Assembly: GCA_963733055.1 (NCBI GenBank)
Contig: CAVTBR010000001.1
Span: 64,001-128,000, forward strand
DNA length: 64,000 nucleotides
Source: Candidatus Bathyarchaeota archaeon
Lineage (GTDB): Archaea; Thermoproteota; Bathyarchaeia; 40CM-2-53-6
Reading direction: 5' to 3'
This document shows, in pieces, positions 58,341 through 64,000 of the stretch. How positions within the stretch are numbered: the stretch's first letter is position 1; every line of letters begins with the position of its first letter. The notes beneath the pieces were generated by a model, which saw only the letters and a program-made list of their open reading frames with translations, was not told the origin of the DNA and did no database searches. The position numbers and the translations under genes are program-made.

Positions 58341-60221
58341 TTGCATATTGTCGTCTGCGTCAAACATGTCCCTGATGCAACCGACATCCGTTTCGACCCC
58401 ATCACCCTCAACCTAATCCGCGAAGGTGTTCCTTCGATCGTCAACCCCTTCTGCCTAAACGCCATCGAAGAAGCCGTCAGGATGAAAGAGAAGCTAGGGG
58501 CTACGATTACAGCTGTCGCGATGGGACCTCTTCAAGCACAAGAAGGCCTACGGGAAGCACTAGCGATGGGCGTGGACAAGGCGGTTATGGTTTCTGATAG
58601 AGAGATGGCGGGGGCAGATACGCTAGCCACCTCCTACACACTGTGGAAGAGTATCGAGACGATCGCGCGTGCGAACCCATTCGACCTGATCCTAACCGGA
58701 AAGGTCGCCATCGACGGTGAAACCGGCCAGGTCCCACCAGGCTTAGCCGTCAGGTTCAATATTCCTATCATATCCAACGTAACGAAAATCGAAAAAATTG
58801 ACCCTCAATCCAAAACAGTAGTTGTGAAGCATCGCTTCGATGATGGCATCGAAACGGTCCAAGCGAAACTTCCCGCGGTCCTCACCATCACCGAGGAGGC
58901 GAACAAACCTAGAAGGTTCACGATAGAGGGCATGCTGAAGGCGGAGCGTACAAAAATTGAGGTTTGGAATAAAGACAAAATCCAAGCAGACCCAAACCTG
59001 CTCGGCCTAAAGGGTTCTCCAACAATCGTAAAGAAAGTCTTCCCACCCCCCGGCAGAAAACAGGGAGAGATGTTCGACGGAACAAATGACCCACAAGCGG
59101 CCGCAAGGTGGCTAACTCAGAAACTAATGGGAGTCCATGTCCTAGAAAAGGGCCGGCAAGAATCATCCACGCCCGTGCCCCCGATAGCGAACAACAATGT
59201 CACTACCCAATCGACGGGTAATGGGAAGTTTGGTGAAGTATGGGTTTTCGTAGAACATTTGCACGGTAAGTCAATTCAGGTTCCTTGGGAACTGTTGGGG
59301 GAAGGAAGGCGTCTAGCGAATATTTACGGCACTAAATTGGGCGCTTTGGTGATCGGACATAATGTTGGGCACCTGGCCAAGGAGGCTTTCGTGCACGGTG
59401 CGGACAAGGTGTACTTGGTTGAAGATGAGAGGCTTGAGCACTATCGCACGCAACCCTACGCGGTAGCGATGGAGGATGCGGTTAGGAAGTTCAAGCCCGA
59501 AGCGCTATTGGTGGGCGGCACGGTGAGGGGACGCGACCTTGCGGGATCGGCCGCGACCTTTCTCGAAACCGGTCTTATCGCCGATTGTACTGGATTGGAT
59601 GTTGACATGGAAACTGGGACGTTCATGGGTACAAGGCCGGATTACGGTGGTAATCTCATGTCGACCATAATCTGTCCCAAACAAAGGCCGACTATGGCGA
59701 GCGTTCGTCCCAGGGTTATGAAGAGCCTACCCGTTGACGCGGAACGAGACGGCGAAATAGTGAGGCTGGAACCGAACCTGAAACCCGACGACCTGAATAC
59801 AGAAGTGATTGAATTCGTCCCAATCGAACGGTTCGGCGTCCGCCTCGAAGACGCACAGATCATCGTGTCTGGCGGAAGAGGATTGGGTTCCGCGAAGAAC
59901 TTGGCATTAGTCGAAGAACTCGCGAACATTCTGCATGCTCAAGTTGGGGCGTCTAGAGCTGCCGTACGGGCGGGGTGGATCGGCCCTGATCACCAGGTGG
60001 GTCAGACCGGTTTCACGGTGAGGCCGCGCTTGTACATTGCGGTTGGAATTTCGGGGGCAATTCAACACATCGTCGGAATCATGAACGTCGACTACATTGT
60101 CGCCATAAACCGTGACCCTGAAGCGTCAATCTTCAAAATGGCAAACTTCGGAGTGGTCGGAGACCTATTCAAAATTGTTCCAGCGTTCATTGAAGAATTG
60201 AAGAAAAGCTGGCTTAGCTGA
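58341..60221 (+). CDS. Fused electron transfer flavoprotein beta-alpha (FixA-FixB)
   Basis: EtfB 'CVKHVPD', 'GADTLATS', 'DGETGQV'; linker; EtfA 'SGGRG', 'QVGQTG', 'GISGAIQH'. Confidence 0.93.
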   Translation: MHIVVCVKHVPDATDIRFDPITLNLIREGVPSIVNPFCLNAIEEAVRMKEKLGATITAVAMGPLQAQEGLREALAMGVDKAVMVSDREMAGADTLATSYTLWKSIETIARANPFDLILTGKVAIDGETGQVPPGLAVRFNIPIISNVTKIEKIDPQSKTVVVKHRFDDGIETVQAKLPAVLTITEEANKPRRFTIEGMLKAERTKIEVWNKDKIQADPNLLGLKGSPTIVKKVFPPPGRKQGEMFDGTNDPQAAARWLTQKLMGVHVLEKGRQESSTPVPPIANNNVTTQSTGNGKFGEVWVFVEHLHGKSIQVPWELLGEGRRLANIYGTKLGALVIGHNVGHLAKEAFVHGADKVYLVEDERLEHYRTQPYAVAMEDAVRKFKPEALLVGGTVRGRDLAGSAATFLETGLIADCTGLDVDMETGTFMGTRPDYGGNLMSTIICPKQRPTMASVRPRVMKSLPVDAERDGEIVRLEPNLKPDDLNTEVIEFVPIERFGVRLEDAQIIVSGGRGLGSAKNLALVEELANILHAQVGASRAAVRAGWIGPDHQVGQTGFTVRPRLYIAVGISGAIQHIVGIMNVDYIVAINRDPEASIFKMANFGVVGDLFKIVPAFIEELKKSWLS

Positions 60222-60230
60222 GTCGGCGAC

Positions 60231-61511
60231 ATGACAGAGAAGTTCGACTCAATAGTCGTGGGAGCAGGACCCGCCGGGATAGCCGCAGCCTACACGATGG
60301 CGAAGGGTGGGCTGAATGTCCTCGTTCTTGAAAAGGGGGAGAAACCCGGCGCAAAGAACATGTTCGGCGGCGTCATCTTCAGGCACCATACCGAGAAGCT
60401 AGCACCAGAATTTTGGAAAACGGCACCCGTCGAAAGACACGTCGTCGAATACCAATACTGGTTTCTCTCCAAAGACTCCCACCTCCTCGTAAGCCATAGA
60501 AACCAGAAGTTCAACGGCCAATACAACGCATTCACGGTTCATCGAGCAAAATTCGATCCTTGGTTCGCAAAAATCGCAGAAGACGCGGGCGCCGTACTCA
60601 TCAACAGAACCACCGTAGACGACGTCCTGAAAGAGGATGGAAGGGTCGTCGGAGTCAAAACTGAACGCGGAGACGTCATGGCTGATGTTGTAATCGCCGC
60701 GGACGGCGTCAACTCGATGCTCGCGAAACAAGCGGGCATTAGAGAAGAAATACCTGAGAACGCAGTCGTGCTTGCCGTAAAGGAAGTGATTGCACTTCCT
60801 AAACAGAGAATCGAGGAACGCTTCAACCTCGGCCCCGACGAAGGGGTCGCGGCCTTGCTCGTTGGCTGCGGTCCTGGGATGCATGCTGGTTTCATGTACA
60901 CAAACCGAGACACCATCTCCCTCGGAATCGGCATAAGCATGCGCGACCTTGACAAGAGCAAGCAACGGCCAAACGATTTGTTCGAACAATTCAAGAACCA
61001 TCCCTCCATCGCGCCGCTCGTGAAAGACGGAGAACTCAAGGAATACTCAGCCCACCTAATCCCCGAAGGTGGTTACGATTATGTCTCCAAAGTTTGCACC
61101 GACGGAATGTTAGTCGCAGGGGACGCCGCGATGCTGGTAAACGCCATAAACTGGGAAGGCACCAACCTCGCAATGACCTCGGGCATTCTAGCTGGCCAGA
61201 CGGCGATCGAAGCCAAGAAAAGAAACGACTTCTCCACAAAGACCTTGTTCAGGTATCGGCAGCGATTAGAGGACAGCTTTGTCTTGAGGGACCTGAAGAA
61301 ATACCGGGATGTTCCGAACTTCTTCTCTTCGAACCCACACTTCTTCACAACCTACCCAGAGGCAATGAACGAACTCGCTTACACGTGGCACATCGTAGAC
61401 GACGAATTGAAAGCGGATAGGATCAAGAGAATGAAGTCTATGCTCTTCAAGCGAAGATCCAAGCTTGGCCTCCTGAAGGACGCTTACCACTTGTGGAGGC
61501 TTTTCTCATGA
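60231..61511 (+). CDS. fixC: FixC-like ETF:quinone oxidoreductase
   Basis: GAGPAG, 'GAKNMFGG', 'EYSAHLIPEGG', 'GDAA'. Confidence 0.9.
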   Translation: MTEKFDSIVVGAGPAGIAAAYTMAKGGLNVLVLEKGEKPGAKNMFGGVIFRHHTEKLAPEFWKTAPVERHVVEYQYWFLSKDSHLLVSHRNQKFNGQYNAFTVHRAKFDPWFAKIAEDAGAVLINRTTVDDVLKEDGRVVGVKTERGDVMADVVIAADGVNSMLAKQAGIREEIPENAVVLAVKEVIALPKQRIEERFNLGPDEGVAALLVGCGPGMHAGFMYTNRDTISLGIGISMRDLDKSKQRPNDLFEQFKNHPSIAPLVKDGELKEYSAHLIPEGGYDYVSKVCTDGMLVAGDAAMLVNAINWEGTNLAMTSGILAGQTAIEAKKRNDFSTKTLFRYRQRLEDSFVLRDLKKYRDVPNFFSSNPHFFTTYPEAMNELAYTWHIVDDELKADRIKRMKSMLFKRRSKLGLLKDAYHLWRLFS

Positions 61512-61795
61512 GCACCCAAAAAACACTGACGATTACGGACAAGCTATACCGGAACAGGTACAAAGTCGACGAAGACTCACACCTGTGGATCAAGGATCCC
61601 AAAATGTGCGTGAAATGCCCCTTCGATTTCGCCTGCATTCGAGTCTGTCCCACGGACGTATACAAGTGGGAGGAGAGTAAAATCACAATTACCTACGACG
61701 CCTGCGTGGAGTGTGGGGCGTGCAGAATCGCGTGCTACGATGTGGGTTGGAAGAACCCTAAGGGCGGGTTTGGGATCTCATACAAGTACGGCTAA
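61508..61795 (+). CDS. fixX: FixX ferredoxin-like protein
   Basis: CxxC...CxxxCP, CVECGAC, 'PKGGFGISYKYG'; ATGA overlap with fixC. Confidence 0.9.
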   Translation: MSTQKTLTITDKLYRNRYKVDEDSHLWIKDPKMCVKCPFDFACIRVCPTDVYKWEESKITITYDACVECGACRIACYDVGWKNPKGGFGISYKYG

Positions 61796-61798
61796 GCG

Positions 61799-62890
61799 CT
61801 ACAGTTTCGTAGATTCGTAACTTATCCGCAGGCCTCCGTTTGTATTGCTCCAGTGAAACTCAGGCACGTGCCTTCGGAGTCGTTTGAACCGTTGGCTAAG
61901 GCCGTGAGCGACGATGGGTAGAGCGATGGTTGCGTCCGTGAAACACTGAACCATCCTCGACTGTCGGTTATACTTCCCCCAGCTTTGCGCCTCCTCGAAC
62001 GTGGAACCACTCAACCCGCCCCATTGCGGAACGTCGGTGGTGAATTGTATGGCAAAGTCATGCGTATGGTCATGTCGGGTCTGATAGCTCGCAATTACGG
62101 CGGTTTGTTGTATGAAGTTCTTAGGAACCCCTCCTCCGACCACGATCACAGCCGTGTGGCGGGCTTTCTCAGTTATCCTCGAGCTTTCGTCAACATCGCG
62201 CATGTGATCGACTATGACACGCCGCTTCCTGCGGCGATTGGCGAACATTAGGGAGAATCCGAGACCACTGTCGCAGAATGCAGGTACGAAGACGGGGACA
62301 CCCATTTCGTACGCGGCCACGCATATTCCGTCTCGATCCTTCTTCTTCTCGCTAATCCACTTTCCAAATTCATGCATTATCTCCCTCGAGGAATAAGGCC
62401 TGTTAGATTGGAAGCGGTTAGAGAATTCCTTCTCAATCATGACATCCAAATGATAGAACTTGTTCTCATCTGCGTAGACATCATAAACTCGGTCGATCCG
62501 GTGCCGACGCAGCATCACGTTATCTATGACGTCAGTTCCCAGAAAGTGCTTCCCGCCGATGGTCTCGTAGGCGTCATGGTAGAGCGTTGCGCCTGTAGTG
62601 ACAAGTACGTCGACCATTCGCCGCCTAACCAGATAGGTGATTAATTCTCGCATGCCGGCCGGAACCATCGCCCCCGCCAAACCCATCCAGATTACAATCT
62701 CACGTTTCTTCAGCATCGCCGTCCATACATCGGCCGCCTCGCCGAGCTTCCTGCCCTGAAAGCCAGTGAGCGCCATTTCACTAAGCAATTGGCTAATGGT
62801 CTTATCAGGCTCAACCTCAACAGGACGCGTCGGACGCCGTAGTACCTGCTCTCTTGTCTGCAAAGTCCCCACCAAATAGTATGTTTTCAC
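61799..62890 (-). CDS. dhs: Deoxyhypusine synthase
   Basis: 'GFQGRKL', 'VTTGA', 'GGGVPKN', 'GGLSGSTFEEAQSWGK'. Confidence 0.93.
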   Translation of the reverse strand: MKTYYLVGTLQTREQVLRRPTRPVEVEPDKTISQLLSEMALTGFQGRKLGEAADVWTAMLKKREIVIWMGLAGAMVPAGMRELITYLVRRRMVDVLVTTGATLYHDAYETIGGKHFLGTDVIDNVMLRRHRIDRVYDVYADENKFYHLDVMIEKEFSNRFQSNRPYSSREIMHEFGKWISEKKKDRDGICVAAYEMGVPVFVPAFCDSGLGFSLMFANRRRKRRVIVDHMRDVDESSRITEKARHTAVIVVGGGVPKNFIQQTAVIASYQTRHDHTHDFAIQFTTDVPQWGGLSGSTFEEAQSWGKYNRQSRMVQCFTDATIALPIVAHGLSQRFKRLRRHVPEFHWSNTNGGLRISYESTKL

Positions 62891-62940
62891 GTCAAATAAA
62901 ACATGCGAAAGTTGGATTTTTCAAAGAATATTGGTGGCGA

Positions 62941-63141
62941 CTAGGATTTTCCGAGAATTTGGTCAATCAAATCGCCTTCGGATTTGGCGGTTTTGTAATT
63001 CTTCCAGTGTTTCTCAAATCGATTAATTACCGCCAATACATCACTTAGCGGAACCCAGTTCGAAGTTATTGGATACATTTTCTCGGCCGCAGGAGCTTTT
63101 CCGAGATTCTCAATCTCTTTCTTCATCTGTCCAACGTTCAC
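62941..63141 (-). CDS. Hypothetical small protein
   Basis: 66-aa ORF in the same orientation as neighbours, SD-like AGGTA. Confidence 0.55.
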   Translation of the reverse strand: MNVGQMKKEIENLGKAPAAEKMYPITSNWVPLSDVLAVINRFEKHWKNYKTAKSEGDLIDQILGKS

Positions 63142-63208
63142 TACCTAAACGCCCCAACCAAACAGCCTCCTGATCGCGATTTAGGCTCTTCTAAACGATT
63201 CTCTGGCA

Positions 63209-64000
63209 TTATTTCAGGGCCTTCAAAACTATCCCGGAGGCCTTAGCGTCAAGAGAATCCACCTTTACTATCTGCACTCTGACTTTTCCTCTAAATTTCC
63301 TCTTGATCGATTCAGCTATTCGTTCTTGCCATGTTACATGCACGACCATGACGCAACGGGAGTATCGGAACCTCTTGAGGTAGTTCTCCATACGTACGCG
63401 TGTGAGCTTAATCGCCGCGGGTGAAGCTGTGAGGGCGGTCTCTGTTTGCGATAGGGGGTATACGTCGAGCAATTCCTGCGGAACGATAGCGTATGTGAGG
63501 CCATAGGAGCAGAGGTGAACGTCCCTTCGTCGTTCCAGTCTTTCAATCGGGCCTCCATCTCCTAAAATTTCGCGGAACGGCCTAAGATGTTCTTCAGGTA
63601 GGAGGAGGAGCTTCTTCACTCTGTGCGGAGGTTGATATCTCTCCAACAACCGCTGTTGGTGCCGGATGACCTCGGGTCGGGAGAGCGATTCTTCCGACAA
63701 AATAAACGGACCTTTCCTCTTTCGAATAGGGGTCTCAAGTTCGAATTTGTCGGAATATGCAAGCATACGCTGGAACGCTGCCCGGAGAGTTGGGTGGTTT
63801 CGCGATCTGGTCTCGATGAGTTCCCACAACCTTCCATCTAAAATAGCCTGTTTGATTGTTTGAAGTTCCGCGTGGCAGGCGTAGAGGTTGTGGGCGGCTA
63901 GGAAGCGTTCACGTTCCATGAGCAATAATCTTCTTACCTTCTCGGGCGTCTTCTTATCGCACGCCGGGCAGCTGCAAGGGAAATACTCTAGCTCGTCAAT
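63209..64000 (-). CDS. tgtA: Archaeosine tRNA-guanine(15) transglycosylase, 5'-truncated by window edge
   Basis: 'FPCSCPAC...AAHNL' Zn site, 'IKQAILDGRLWELIETRSRNHP', 'YPLSQ'. Confidence 0.9.
   Translation of the reverse strand: MDELEYFPCSCPACDKKTPEKVRRLLLMERERFLAAHNLYACHAELQTIKQAILDGRLWELIETRSRNHPTLRAAFQRMLAYSDKFELETPIRKRKGPFILSEESLSRPEVIRHQQRLLERYQPPHRVKKLLLLPEEHLRPFREILGDGGPIERLERRRDVHLCSYGLTYAIVPQELLDVYPLSQTETALTASPAAIKLTRVRMENYLKRFRYSRCVMVVHVTWQERIAESIKRKFRGKVRVQIVKVDSLDAKASGIVLKALK

Overview
Archaeal genomic window, probably TACK/Bathyarchaeia-like (inferred from an HMf-type histone, rps17e, deoxyhypusine synthase, archaeosine TGT, BHB-intron tRNAs and many TTG/GTG starts). 0.9-17.7 kb is a catabolic cluster. 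Its core is a minus-strand operon: VOC enzyme, class II aldolase, a clear LsrK (autoinducer-2 kinase)-like FGGY kinase, and TPP-dependent E1alpha/E1beta/E2. No lsrF or lsrG is present, which suggests an undescribed archaeal AI-2/DPD (or deoxypentulose) catabolic route. 18-33 kb is mostly housekeeping (aquaporin, thyX, citryl-CoA lyase, Lhr helicase) plus a long bactofilin-like protein. tRNA-Ser(GCT) at 33.4 kb has two non-canonical introns. It is followed by an accessory region (about 33.6-48.2 kb) containing relic copies of the tRNA 3' half, one of them in spliced form, a KaiC-like/STAND/TPR protein, signalling genes, and a group of microproteins (Tyr/Pro/Trp-rich and Zn-ribbon), two of which are missing from the ORF track. 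The rest holds an ECF transporter, IscA, histone, TatD, a fused EtfBA with FixC and FixX, dhs and tgtA. Five +1 frameshifts in four genes look like sequencing errors. All functional calls come from motif recognition by eye; no database search was run.
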